From the NCBI RefSeq assembly GCF_009914755.1, contig NC_060928.1: DNA of 64,000 bases. One strand, 5' to 3'. The stretch is from the human T2T-CHM13v2.0 reference genome, Homo sapiens. Made by a program: the position numbers and the translations under genes. The first letter of the stretch is position 1; each line of letters begins with the position of its first letter. This document shows, one piece after another, positions 39,358 to 56,233 of the stretch. A model generated the notes under the pieces. The model was not told the origin of the DNA. It saw nothing but the letters and a program-made list of their open reading frames with translations, and did not search any database.

Positions 39358-40702
39358 TCAATGATAATTATTAAATGTATGAGAAGCCAGACATTGAATA
39401 ATCTACTGTCCACTATAATCTTGTGCCAACAGTTTTAGACATATTAGCAGATAAACTCAATGACTGTTTTTTAATCTTCATTTTACAGATAAGAATATTA
39501 AAGCATAAAGCAAGAATGCACCCACTATCACAAAATTGTTAAAGTAAAAGCAATGTACTTTCAGTGTACAACACTGATTCTATTATAATATCAATGTTTA
39601 TAATATTATTATATATATTCTCATACATCATTATTATGTATAACATATAATGATATAACATTAATAAACATATAAATAGCAAACCACCTTCAGAAAGAGC
39701 AAGAATACTGGTCTCCCAGAAATCGCATATTGGGAGTTTAGGTTTCAAGCAATGGCAATTGACAGAAAATCAGGGTCATCCTTAGCACCCTTGCAGCCTC
39801 ACCTTTTGTGTTTTCATTACCACTTTCTTCCCCGGGCCACAAACAACCCCTGCCCCGTCTCCTGCTCTGATTTTCCTTATAACAGATTCAATCTTTAGTT
39901 TCAATGAAATATTGATGTGTTCTCCTAGAAGGGCAGCCCAAACTTTCATACCTTCTTTGAATTATGTGGCCGTTTTCTGCAGGCCACTGTAAAGTCACAG
40001 CAATCTCAGAATGACCTCTTATATACCTCCTTCAGGAAAGCAGTTAATGGGCCTTCCAATTTCATGAGGCTGTTACTTTTATTGATATTCATCCTGTAAG
40101 CCAAAGAAAGTTACATGATCTCACTAATGACACAGTCACCCCATGAGCTTGTACAGGACATAAATATTCATTAGAACTAAGCTTGTGTCTTCCTGAAAGT
40201 TGACTAGATAAGGTCAGTAAGAATTCATGTTGGAAATGTGTTCATTTGAACCAAATAATGAATCCATTTGTCATAATGATTAACATGGAGAGGGCAATTT
40301 AAAAGGAGAGAAATGTTTCTTTTTATCAAATTTTTATTTGCTTATAGTTTATTCTACCTCTACCAGTCAGCCACATAAATCATTTGTATGATAATTACCA
40401 AAAATGCACAGTTTTATGCACAAGGAATTTTATACTTTTTCATAACTTATAATCCATTAAGGTTTTTGATAAACTTATTTGTCATTTGGAAATCTCCACT
40501 CCCTTAAAAATTGTTAGGGAAGAAGTGGTACCTTTATTTAAAATTTTCCAGTTTCAAAGATGTTAAGGAATTATTTTTATGTAGTCTTGCTGGTATTTAA
40601 TGAGGAAAAAGATATTACTGAAATGCTGTATTCAGTAGCATTAAAACATCTAATTAATAAACCAATATTGAAAACTATATACTTTTTGATAAAAGAAATG
40701 TT

Positions 40703-40979
40703 TTGTTTTTGAGGTGGAGTCTTGTTCTGTTGCCCAGGCTAGAGAGCAAATGGCACAGTCTCCGTTCACTGCAACATCCACCTCCCGGGTTCAAGTGATT
40801 CTCCTGCCTCAACCCCCGCAAGAGGCTGGGATTACAGGCACATGACACCAGGTCTGGCTAATTTTTGTATTTTCAGTAGAGACGGGATTTCACCATGTTG
40901 GCCAGGCTGGACTCGAACTCCTGACCTCCAGTGATCCACCTGCCTCAGCCTCCCAAAGTGCTGGGATTACAGGCCTGAG
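40703..40979 (-). mobile_element. AluS, slightly 5'-truncated
   Basis: Antisense Alu lacking roughly the first 15 nt; TSD agaaatgtt at 40694-40702 and 40978-40986. Confidence 0.95.
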
Positions 40980-41592
40980 AAATGTTCTTCTGTTTATACA
41001 TTTCCGTTTTAACATTTTTTAAAACTATTTTAAAAGTCTAAAGTTCTTTAAGTTTATTAAATATACCTAGCTTTATGCTTGAAACAGTTCTCCACCTCTC
41101 TCTTTTTCTGTTGTCTAAGAAAAAAAATGGATCTGACAATAATGAATACTGAATTATTTTTAAATGATTTTGTATTTTGGTCATTAGGTGCACTATGCCT
41201 AACCAAACCATTTTGAGCATCTGAAATATATGTTAAAGCTCTCTGAGTCAAAGTTAACCCTGTTTCAAGAAAAAAAAGACGTATTTGGATGAAATAAGTA
41301 CGTTCAGCTTATTTTAAAGAGGGCTATGATTTCTGAGCTCAGACTCAGAAGACTCATACAGAATCAAGACTTATATCTATCACACGCAGAATCAAATGGA
41401 AATTGTAGTGAGGAACAAAGAAAATTCCCAAATGATAGATATTTACCATTTACATTATGGTCCCAGAACTTTTTATTTTTCATCTTATAGCACCTGAGTT
41501 TCACTATCCCTCAAGGGAACTCTAGGGACACTATGGTCCTCATTCCCTGCAGAATACCTGAGCAATTTTCTGGAAGAAAATCAACAAGGCTG

Positions 41593-42071
41593 GGTCAACT
41601 CCGAATATCTAAGACAGGTCTCTGTTAATTTAGAAAGTTTATTTTGCAAAGGTTGAGGACGTGCGCCTATGACACAACTTCAGGAAGTCCTGACAACATG
41701 TGCCTAGATGGTCAGGGCACAGCTTAGTTTTATACATGTTAGGGAGACATGAAATATCAATCAATATATGTAAAATGTACATTGGTTCAGTCCAGAAAGG
41801 TGAGTCAACTCGAAGCAGGGAGGGGGCTTCCAGGTCACGGGTAGGTGAGAGAAAAAGGGTTGCATTCTGGCTAGCCTTTTGAGTTTCTGGCTAGCATTTT
41901 GAGTTTCTGACTAGCCTTTCCAACGGAGGCAATCAAATTTGCATTTAGCTCAGTGAGCAGAGGGATGACTTTGAACAGAATGGGAGGAAGGTTTCCCCTA
42001 AGCAGTTCCCAGCATGAATTTTCCCTTTTGCTTAGTGATTTGGGGGCCCCAAGATTTATTTTCCATTCACA
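41593..42071 (-). mobile_element. MER4A1-like ERV1 solo LTR
   Basis: 'agacaggtctctgttaatttagaaagtttattttgc...ggggccccaagatttattttccattcaca'; 4-bp TSD GCTG at 41589-41592 and 42072-42075. Confidence 0.9.
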
Positions 42072-42725
42072 GCTGATTTCATCTGCTCTTCACCCGAAAC
42101 TGTATTCACTAATTATTTTTCACACCCCGTTGCATATGCATGAAGATGAAAACCTCTATTTTTTAACATAAAAATTAGTTACTTTTCCTGTACTCTAAAG
42201 TATACAAGGTGCTTGTAATACATATTAATATGGATATTAATTACCCTGTTAATCATATAGCCTTCATGACACAGTAGAAGCTTTTTTATTTTTTCCCATT
42301 CAAATCAGTAAATCAATGAGATACTGTTGAATCATGTAGACACTGCCATTTCATCAGGGAATTTTGCCCTATCTTCTGAATCATAAGTGGTCTAATCTTC
42401 ATTCAGTGTTATATCTACAACACCTCTACAACGAGACTGGCTCTAATTAGCCACCTGACAGCTAAATTATACAACTGCACTAAAAGAAAACATAAAATTA
42501 CATAGGTTGTTGCATTGACAGGTGATGGGGGATCCAAAGGAGGGCAGTTTGTGGATTTCTTGGGAAGAACCCTAAGAAGAGGTAATGAAAAAGATCCATC
42601 TTTAAAGCCCAAGAAAAAGAAGAATTTGCAGTGCATAAAACCAGAAAAAAAAAATAGTTTCCACAAAATAAAATAATTAATTTCCCCCTTTCTATTTCTG
42701 GAGCTGGTGCAAAGCACCTTTCATT

Positions 42726-42948
42726 CAGTGGTGTGCTGGGGCCAGTATGTACCAGCTGTGGGAATCCAACTGCAAATCACTTCCCAGCTCCATGTTCAGT
42801 GATGCAGGGATGTCACACTGGTAGGTGGAAAGTCAACATGGTTGAAGTATTTAGTGATGGGAGCATGGTGGAAATTGTAAAATGCTACAAAAAATCAGGA
42901 CCTTGTCTCCAGAGAGCTGATTGTTTCAAATTTACCAACACACCTTTG
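42726..42948. mobile_element. MER63-like hAT (Blackjack) MITE
   Basis: TIRs cagtggtgtgctgg and ccaacacacctttg; perfect 8-bp TSD CTTTCATT at 42718-42725 and 42949-42956. Confidence 0.9.
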
Positions 42949-43629
42949 CTTTCATTAAAGGATTTATCTGATGAGTTAACTTCTGAGGAAATGTTGGCAG
43001 GGTGCTCTGGCACCATTGTTGAACATGCAGTTTTTTGGCAGCCGATGCCTCTCAAACCAGGTATATCACTTGGACTGGTTACTGATGATGAGTGTTCTTC
43101 AAGGGAAAGTTCTAAACACACCATTATTTCACCCATCCAGGAATTGTATTCCATTTGTCAGAATTCAACCTGTCTCTTCCACTGTAACTACATCAAGCAA
43201 TAGCAAAGCAGCCATTTGAAATGCAGTGTCAACAATGTTTTTTTCTGAATGTATAGATAACTCTTTGTTTGGGCAAAGTATAGACCAGGGAGGAATGTAT
43301 TGTGCTCACACATATGTACCATTTTTTCCTTAAATAATGTTTTGCCTTCTTTCTTTTATGGGTCTGAAATGCTTATAAATAAAAATTGTGAATGGCAGGA
43401 TTTAATTATCTCCAGGAAGGTTAGAAACATTTCTGTAAGTTATAAATAGATTGTCAAAAGAATGTCTAAAGATAAGATATGTCTAAAGGCAACTTCATTC
43501 AGTGTTAACTGTAATTTACCCAGTTCATTTTAGGTCTGACCTAAAAAAACAGGAAACATTTGTTTAAAGCAATACTCATGGCATGGCACATGGCCTGAGT
43601 TATAATTAAGGAGAGAAAGGGAAAGATGT

Positions 43630-44305
43630 GTTTTTTAAATAGACTATATCAGATCACTTTTAAAATCACAGCAAAATTGAGGAGAAAATACAGTTCCCCC
43701 ACACCTTTTTCCCCAATCCCAAGTAGCCTCTGCCACTATCAAAATGCTACATGAGGGTGAGATATTTGTTAAAATGGATGAACCTGCGCTGACACATCAT
43801 TATCACACAAAGTCCATAGTTTATATCAGAGTTCATTCTTGGTGTTGTACATTCTGTGGGTTTTTGACAGATGTACAATGACATGTATCCACCCTTGCAT
43901 AACCATAGAGAATAGTTTCCCTGCCCTAAAAATCCCCTCTGCTCTGCCTATTCATCCTTCCCTTCCCGCCACCACTGGCAACCCTGAATCATTTAGTATC
44001 CCCACAGTTTTGCCCTTTCCATAATGTTATATAGTTGAAATCATACAGTATGAGGTCTTTTATGATTGGCTCCTTTCACTTAGTAATATGCCTTTTAAGT
44101 TTCCTTCATGTCTTTTTATGGATTGATAGATCATTCCTTTTTAGCACTGAATAATATTACATTGTTTGGATTGTACCACAGTTTATCCATTCACTATTAA
44201 AGGTCATCTTGGTTATTTCCACGTTTGAGCAATTATGAATAAAGCTGCTCTAAATATTCATGCACAGGTTTCTGTGTAGACATAAGTTTTCAATTTGGTG
44301 GGAAA
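43630..44305 (-). mobile_element. L1MC1/2-like 3' fragment
   Basis: 'gacacatcattatcacacaaagtccatagttta...ctgccctaaaaatcccctctgctctgcctattcatcc'. Confidence 0.85.
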
Positions 44306-45549
44306 AAAATCTTAAATAAAAGATATCATGGAAAGCGGGAGGTGTATGGCAGCCGTACTCATGAGAGCACATTAATGTCCTATGTAAAAGATTCTCCCTG
44401 AACGTCTTTGATCTAGATTATGCAAATTCATTCTGAATAGTTCTATGTACCTTCTTAAATGTGATACAATTGCTGCACAAAACTCTGATCTTGAAAAATA
44501 TATTACTTATATTCAGTCTTTCTGTTGGTTTTTAGGACATAGCAAGCTTTTTGCTGTCTGAGAAACATGGAATTTTCCATTCCCTCTGCCTGAAACACTA
44601 TTCCCTTGACTCTTCCCACAGCTGCCACTGACGTCCAGGTCTCATCTGAGATGTTTAATCTCATTTTCAGAGAAGCCATCCTTATTAACCCTTTAGGAAT
44701 CAGTGTTGGACCTAATAAAAAACATGAATAAAATACATTATTTTTGAAATACAGATTTAAATTCTGCCCAAAGATTTACCTCCAATGAGGTTGGAGCCAA
44801 TATAGCCACAAAAAAAACTACTCAAAGGCCAATATATGAATATGTTAAGACAAAGCTGACATCCATCCTATATTCATCAGGACAGCTGTGCAATTTATTG
44901 AAATGTTGAAATATTCCTGTACCGGTTAGTAAACAGCTGTTACCCTGAACCCCTCTCTTTGGAGTCCCTAGGTCCTTGAATGTTATAGCCCCCTCAGGGA
45001 CCTCCTTGGCCTTTCCTATAATCCTGCATTTAAAGAATTACTGGCTTAATCCTTAGGGACCTTGATCCAATTTAAAAAGCAATATCCTTTCAGATTGGTG
45101 GGTTCCAATACCTTTCAATTTTCTAAAGTCTCTCCTTCTGGGCTCCATCATTGGTTCTCCCTCCTCAGAACCACTGAAAGCTATCCAATGCCCTACCCAC
45201 ACCCCTGGTTCACCCTCAAGGCACTTCAAATTCTTTCATCTGGCAGCACCCAGCTTGCCAGCTAGAGCTTCCCAGTGGCCAATACATGCCCACCATTGAC
45301 ATGCCAGCCCTCCTCCTGTGTGATCTCCCTGCCAGAGTAATCCTGTCCTGTCCCATGGACCCATGGCTCTGCACACTGGCAGCAAACTGTACAGGTCAAA
45401 CAATAGGAATACACACCAGATTAAGCATAGCAGCCCCATACGAGGGAACTTTCTCTCCAGCAGAGATTACTCATTAATTAGCAGATGATTTGGCTCCTCT
45501 TCTTTAACCTAGAAAAGGCACAATTCCGGGCCAGTAAGAAATTGCCGAT

Positions 45550-45715
45550 AATGGTGGTTCCCATACTTTAGTGCACATTTAGAATCACCTGGGTAGCTTT
45601 TATAAATTCCAGTTTTCAAGTCATACTCCAGATGTTTTGAATAATAATGTTTGGGAATGGGAGTAAGCCATGGGTATTTTTTTAAGATCTCTAGGTGATT
45701 TCACTGTGCTGCCAC
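45550..45715. mobile_element. MER5A-like MITE
   Basis: 'gtggttccca...ttagaatcacctgggtagcttt...ctaggtgatttcactgtgc'. Confidence 0.7.
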
Positions 45716-46569
45716 ATCAAATATGCCTCCTTAACTGGCTTAACCTTTAAAGTTTAATCTTTCACTGCATCATTGAGGGTTCACTCATGCAAAAAATATT
45801 TACTAAGTGGTATGTGTGTGATTTCCTATTTAGTTACAGCTTTAAAGAAATATAGAAGACCTAAGCAAATTGCTGAGTTTTTTTCTTTCTAGTAGGAAGT
45901 CAACAAAGTCTGATATTAATAACTCTAGAAACACTACTACAAGCTTATTATGTAGGAATACAATGGGAGACATTTAAAAGTTTGATAATAGGGCTTTATA
46001 GACAAAGAAATATGACAGAAGAAGGTTATCTTTCATTATGAATCTCACAATACTCAGATTATTAAATCATGTACATTCTAGATTGATACTTTTAATTTTT
46101 TTAAAATCCATTGTTTCCTTATAGACGCCTGTCTTGAGTAAATTTAGGCTGTCTCACAAATGGCTCCAGTTCTGAGTATCCTCAGAAAAACCTGACACTA
46201 TCATAAAAAACATAAAGATAAAATTGTCCAGGGTAGTGATGGGATAGTAGCTTTGTTGATGATGATCTCATACTTATGTTAATCTACTTCAGTATAGGTA
46301 TATTTCCTGAAATAAAGATTGAGATGAAGTTCCTACCAAGTATAAATATATTTATGAGGAAAGGAGAAAAAAAATGTTTAAAATGACAATTCTGGCAAAA
46401 GCTCAGGATGGTGCCTCTAGGACATTTTAATACATGGAACTACTGATTGGTTCCTGCTTGGTGTAGTCCATGAACATGGTGCAGGTAACCTAGGATGTGA
46501 ATCAAATTTGAATTTAGGACTCAGTTTTCCAAGACGTAGAGTAGTAACATCTGTTTTGGAAGAGTGGGC

Positions 46570-47796
46570 TATATTAGGTCTTTCTAGAGAGACAGAGCTA
46601 ATAGGATTTATTGGTTTATTATAAGGGATTTATTCTAAGGAATTGGCTCACACAATTATGGAGGCTGAGAAGTCCCATGCTCTGCCATCTGGAAACTGGA
46701 GACCCAGGAAAGTTTATGGTGTAGTTTAAAGATCTGAGAGCTGGAGGACTGGTGGTATAAATCCCAGTTCAAGTTTGAAAGCCTGAAAACCAGGGGCACT
46801 GAGGGCAGGGGAAGATTGATTTCTCAGGTCTGTGAACCAAAATTATTTGAGACAGGTCTTAATCACTTAAGAAAGTTTATTTTCCAAGGTTAAGGACACA
46901 CCCATGGCACAGCCTTAGAAGGTCCTGATGACATGTGCCCAAGGTGATTAGGGTAGAGCTTTGTTTCGTACAGTTTAGGAAGACATGACACAGTCAATCA
47001 ATATGTGTAAGATGTAATTGGTTCAGTCTGGTAAGGTGGGACAACCCAAAGCAGGGACTTCCAGGTCATAGGTAGATAAGAAACAACTGTTTGCATTCTT
47101 TTGAGTCTTTGATTGGCCTTTCACTGAATACACAATGTACATGTGAGAGATGGGTAGAGGAATAATCACTTATCCCTTAGTCTGGCTCAGTGAATCTGCA
47201 TTTTTACATAAACAATAGGGCAGAAGAAGCAACTAGATACGCATTTGTCTCAGATGGGCAGACGGATGTCTTTGAGTTCTGTCCTTTATCTCACACCTGT
47301 GAAGATAAGCTATCAATTTACATTGCCAGAGTGAAATTCAACAGAACTGTTTGAGGATAAAGATCTTGAGGCCCACAAGGAATTTCCTTGTGGGTAAATT
47401 GTGAGGGAGATAGGTCGCTTTTTAAAAAAATCTTTGTAGCCATTTTATTTAGTAATAAAATGGGAGGCAGGTTTGCCTGACACAGTTCCCAGCTTGACTT
47501 TTTCCTTTTTGGTTTAGTGATTTTGGGGTCCTGAGATTTATTTTTCTTTCACAACTCAAATAGGCAGAGTGAAGTCAATTTTCTTCCACCTGTTTGTTTG
47601 ACTTGGGCCCTCAACAGATTGGATGATGCTCACACACATTGAGTAGGACCATTTTCTTTACTCTGTCCACCTATTCAAATACTTATGCTAATCTCTTCCA
47701 AATACACGCTCGCAGATGCACCTGGAAATAATGTTTAACCAGATGTCCGGACAACCTATCACCCAGTCAAGTTGATATAGAAAACTAATCATCACA
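46570..47796 (-). mobile_element. MLT2B-like ERVL LTR split by MER4A
   Basis: 'ggaattggctcacacaattatggaggctgagaagtccca' ... 'ccagtcaagttgatatagaaaactaatcatcaca'. Confidence 0.85.
46831..47553 (-). mobile_element. MER4A-like ERV1 solo LTR
   Basis: tgtgaaccaaaa...gagacaggtc...ctgagatttatttttctttcaca; homologous to the 41593-42071 copy but longer. Confidence 0.9.
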
Positions 47797-47839
47797 GTGA
47801 CACTAGCAATAAGGTTTAAAAATCAATATCTGAATAAAT

Positions 47840-48460
<621 letters not shown>

Positions 48461-48759
48461 TCAAAGTTTGTTGTTAATGGATAAAATAGAAGTGAAATAG
48501 TTTCAGAGCCTAGAAACAATCATGAAACAGAGTAACCGAGGATACTTTTTCAAGAGGTAAACACTTTTTAAAAATTCAATAGTAGTGAAGCATTAGAATG
48601 GCTTATACCTACTTCTCATGTAGCCCAGGAAAAGAAATTCAGATAACTAGGCTGAGAATACAGATCTTTTTGGTTTGGGGAAGAAATGGAACCTAGACCA
48701 AGGAAAGGTTGGTAGAAAGAAGCCAAACAAAGAAATACACAAACAATGCAATTGTAAGA

Positions 48760-50165
48760 GAACAAATAACCCTATTTAAAAAAATGAAAAAAAGACCTGA
48801 ATAGAAATTTCTCAAAAGCAGACATATGAATATGAAAAATATTGAACACCATTATCAGAAAAAAATGCAAATTAAAACCACAATGGGATATCATCTCACA
48901 CTTGTTACAATAATTATTATCAAAAAGATGAAATATAACAAGTGTTGGCAAGGATGCAGAGAAAAGAGAACCCTTGTACACTGTTTGTGGGAATGCAAAT
49001 TGGTGCAGCCATTATGGAAACGGTATGGTGGCTCCTCAAAAAATTACAAATAGAACTACTATATGATCCAAATATCCCATCCTGGGTATATATCCAAAAG
49101 GTATAAAATCAGTATGTTGAAGAGATATCTGCACTCCCATATTTATTGAATGATTAACAGTAGCTGTATTAGTCAAGGTTCTCTAATAGGGACAGAACTA
49201 ATAGGAATATATATATGAGTTTATTAAGTATTAACTTACATGATCACAAGGTCCCACAATAGGTTGTCTGCAATCTAAGCAAGGGGAGCCAGTCTGAGCC
49301 TCAAAACTGAAGAACTTGGAATCCAATCTTTGAGGATAGGAAGCATCCAGCACGGGAGACAGATGTAGGCTGGGAGGCTAGGCCCCTTCATGCTCCTTCA
49401 CATTTTTCTGCCTGGTTTATATTCGCTGCTGGCTGATTAGATGGTGCCCACCTGATTAAGTGTGGGTCTGCCTTCCCCAGCCCACTGACTCAAATGTTAA
49501 TCTCCTTTGGCAACACCCTCACAGACACACCCAAGATCAATATTGCATACTTCAATCCAATCATGTTGACACACAGTATTAACCATCACAGTAGCCAAGT
49601 TATGGAATCAGCCTAAGTGTCCATCTACTGATGAATGGATAAAGAAAATGTAGTATGTATACATAATGGAATACTATTCAGCTTTTATACAGAAAGAAAT
49701 TCTGTCATTTGCAACAACATAGATGAACTTGGAAGAAACTGTGTTAAATGAAATAAGCCAGGCAGAGAAAGACAAATACCTCATGGTCTCACTTGTATGT
49801 GGAATCTAAAAAAGTCAAAGTCAAACTCATAGATACAGAGAATAAAATGGTTGTAACCAGTGGCTGTGATTGGGAGGAGTAGGGAGATATCGGTCAAAGA
49901 ATAAAAAGTTTTAGTTAGACAGGAGGAATAAGTTCAAGGGATTTCTTGTACATCATGGTGACTACGGTTAATAATAATACATCATATACTTGAAAATTGC
50001 TAAGAGCAGATTTTAACTGGCCTCACCAGAAAAAAATAAGTATATGAAGTAATGCATATGTTAAGTACTTTGATGTAGCTATTCCACAATATATACAATT
50101 TATACAAAAGCATTTCCATAAGTATATACAATCCTTTCTTGTCAATCAAAAAAAATGAAAAAATA
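48760..50165 (+). mobile_element. L1MA (MA5/6-like) 3' fragment split by MLT2A
   Basis: ORF 48826..49053 matches the L1 ORF2 C-terminus (MQIKTTMGYHLT...KCWQGC); 3'UTR 'gttagacaggaggaataagttc'. Confidence 0.85.
49165..49590 (-). mobile_element. MLT2A1-like ERVL solo LTR
   Basis: tgtattagtcaaggttctcta...gttgacacacagtattaaccatcaca; perfect 5-bp TSD GTAGC at 49160-49164 and 49591-49595. Confidence 0.93.
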
Positions 50166-51346
50166 AATCCAACTAAAAGTAAGATATTAACATAATGTGC
50201 TAAATTAAGCAAAGCTGAATTATCTATCTACTCATGGTAATTGCTAACCATGTTCATTTGTAAAATAGACTATACTGTGATAATTCCTCATAACATAAGA
50301 AGTTGATGCATTTACAAAAACTTATCTGTGATAGTTTATTGACTTGACTGGGTCTTACAAATATAGATTAGGTATATGGATAGAAAAGGATTTGACTGTA
50401 AAATTTGCAAAAACAGTGTCTCAAAGCATAGTGATACTTTAACATGATGGAATTTTTGGCTATGGGATAGTTATAACTCACTTCTGGCAATGTGAGCTGA
50501 CTTTATTTGTGTTAAAATGTATCAATCATCTTATAAATAAATAACAGAGCTATTAATAACAATTTTGAACATTTTTCCCTACTTGACCTTTTAAAAATCA
50601 GCTCCATAAGAGACAAATCAATTAATATGTGTTTCCACTATTTTTTTTCTTACATTACACTTTGCTGTTGACTTTAATAAGGCAGAGAAATTGTAGAGGG
50701 ACTGCATTGGTATTGGGGAAGGCGTCACAGTGAAGACTGTGCCTATTCTTTGGCAGGCAGATTACATACCTCACAAACATCCCTGGGAGATCAGTATTTT
50801 AAGCCCTGTTTTTTAGGCTATCTCATCATGGCCAAGGGGCATAGATAACTAAACTTAGGGTCACCATCCAGTCTGGCAGTAGAGTTACAGAAAGGGCTTC
50901 CAAGGAGTGAACCATTCAGAGTTGTTCTGGAGATTACACTGTGAAAGAAGTGTCTCTGGTTCATAGTGTATGAGTCCCTTCTATGCTAACTCTACAAATT
51001 CAGGAGGGAAACAAAAAAACAAAACACTTCCTTTTCCTGTTAAAGCTCATAGTCTTTCAGATTCCCAACCCATAGTTAGACTTGGGAAGCATTGTTCACT
51101 GCCTGGGGAGAGGGTACTATCAATGGTACTACTATCAATGGTAGGGAGGCTGGAATTCAGAACCCAACTTCAGATCCAGCAGATGAATCGTTGAACAAAT
51201 TCAGAAAAGTGAATCTTGAACCTCAAATAGTGAGGGTCCCACCTAACACATCAAGCTTAAGCCACAAGAAATATTCCAGCCCCCACCATTTGACAGACCT
51301 GAGCCTACCTACCTGTAAAAGCCAGGTCTGGGTTCACAGTGCTTAT

Positions 51347-51589
51347 TTTCCTACCATGGTACCTTGCTTGTATCACATTGTGTTTTAATTTTATGCTGAC
51401 TAGTCCATCTCCCCTACCAGACAATACATAAAGATGGGGATTGAGTCTTCTCACCATTTGGTAGAGAAGGTACCATTTCCTACCATGGTACCTTGCTTGT
51501 ATCACATTGTGTTTTAATTTTATGCTGACTAGTCCATCTCCCCTACCAGACAGTACATAAAGATGGGGATTGAGTCTTCTCACCATTTG
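51347..51589. repeat. Tandem duplication of 114 bp (period 129) in an L2-like 3' end
   Basis: Copies at 51347-51460 and 51476-51589 differ at one base; 15-bp spacer. Confidence 0.96.
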
Positions 51590-51945
51590 TATTCTCACCA
51601 TTTGGTAGAATGTCTGGTAAATGTAGCACTCATCATGAGTTTGGAGAATGAACAAATAAACATTGATAGCTTTGGCCAAAATAAACTGCAAATTTTAAAG
51701 GATATGAACTTCAAATTATAAGATCTTACACTACAGTTTTGCAGGATGTAGCAGGCAAAAGTGACTGATAAATATGTTCAGTTATTATTACACTACACCC
51801 AGACCATGAGAAAGCAGTCTTAGCTATATTCATGTACACATAGAATAGTATAGGATAATAATGACCTGTACCTATATTTATACCTTTATGCCTATACCTA
51901 AATCTCTACCTATTTGTTTCTGTGTCATCTGAATGAATACACAGC

Positions 51946-51962
51946 TAGATGGATAGATAGAT

Positions 51963-52004
<42 letters not shown>
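51946..52004. repeat. (TAGA)n tetranucleotide STR
   Basis: TAGA TGGA (TAGA)2 TGA (TAGA)10. Confidence 0.96.
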
Positions 52005-52902
52005 GGCATGAGGACCAATTTGAAAATATAAGCACTTTATGAGCCACATGTTTTTACATTGTAATCATTTGGTTTCTACAAAAAATTGACCCCAGAGAGG
52101 GTAAGCAACAACACATATCATACTCTTTGTTCCAGCAATTAGAGTGCTGTGGTTGTTAAGATATCAATTATAAAATATTTTATTAAAACACAAACACTTT
52201 TTTCTTTTTGAGCAAGATGATTGATTATTCACAAATAGTTTCAAACACTTGTCAATAAAAATGAGCATCGTTTCCAATTCATCAAAATTATAGGACTTCA
52301 TTACACTAAAAACAATAAATCACACATCTAACAGCAAACCGACCCCTAATAACCTTTGTTACCTACTTTCTAACATTTCCCAGAGTGTGACATTGAACTC
52401 TCATGAGGTAAGATGCTCTATTTTCTAGCTGTCTGTGGCAAAATATAACAGAGTAACATTAATTTCTAAATGTGATTTTTGAGATGAAAGGTGAGTGGTA
52501 AATTTTGCAATTATCTTTTGAAAGGTAAGCAAAATATACTTTGCTCTTTAGAAAAGATTCCATTTCTATATCTACATTATAAACCATATATCAAGTGATT
52601 TTACGAGAAAAAAAGTAAGATCAAGATTACATATTAAAACAAGAGAAATGGGGGTGAAGTCTTAGACTTGGACCCTGGAAAGATGATGAAACAGGAGAGA
52701 GCTCTTTTTTGGAGATTCTCCTCCCTTTCAATGTCCATCCCCCAGCTTCTAGAGCTTCTCCCCACTCTGGGAGCATTCATGGTACTCTCCAGACCCCAGT
52801 CCAATCTCATGCATCAATGTCAAGTAACTCCACCTGCCTAATCTATTATAAATCTGATTTCAGATTGAAAGATAAGACAACTGTTCCAGATGACTACTTC
52901 TC

Positions 52903-56233
<3,331 letters not shown>

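Noticed and set aside
42733-43203. 156-aa ORF
   Set aside because: It has a GTG start inside a MER63-like MITE, no recognisable domain and no supporting splice structure.
51305-51691. 128-aa ORF with an internal 43-aa repeat
   Set aside because: It is a by-product of the 129-bp-period duplication, which is a multiple of three.
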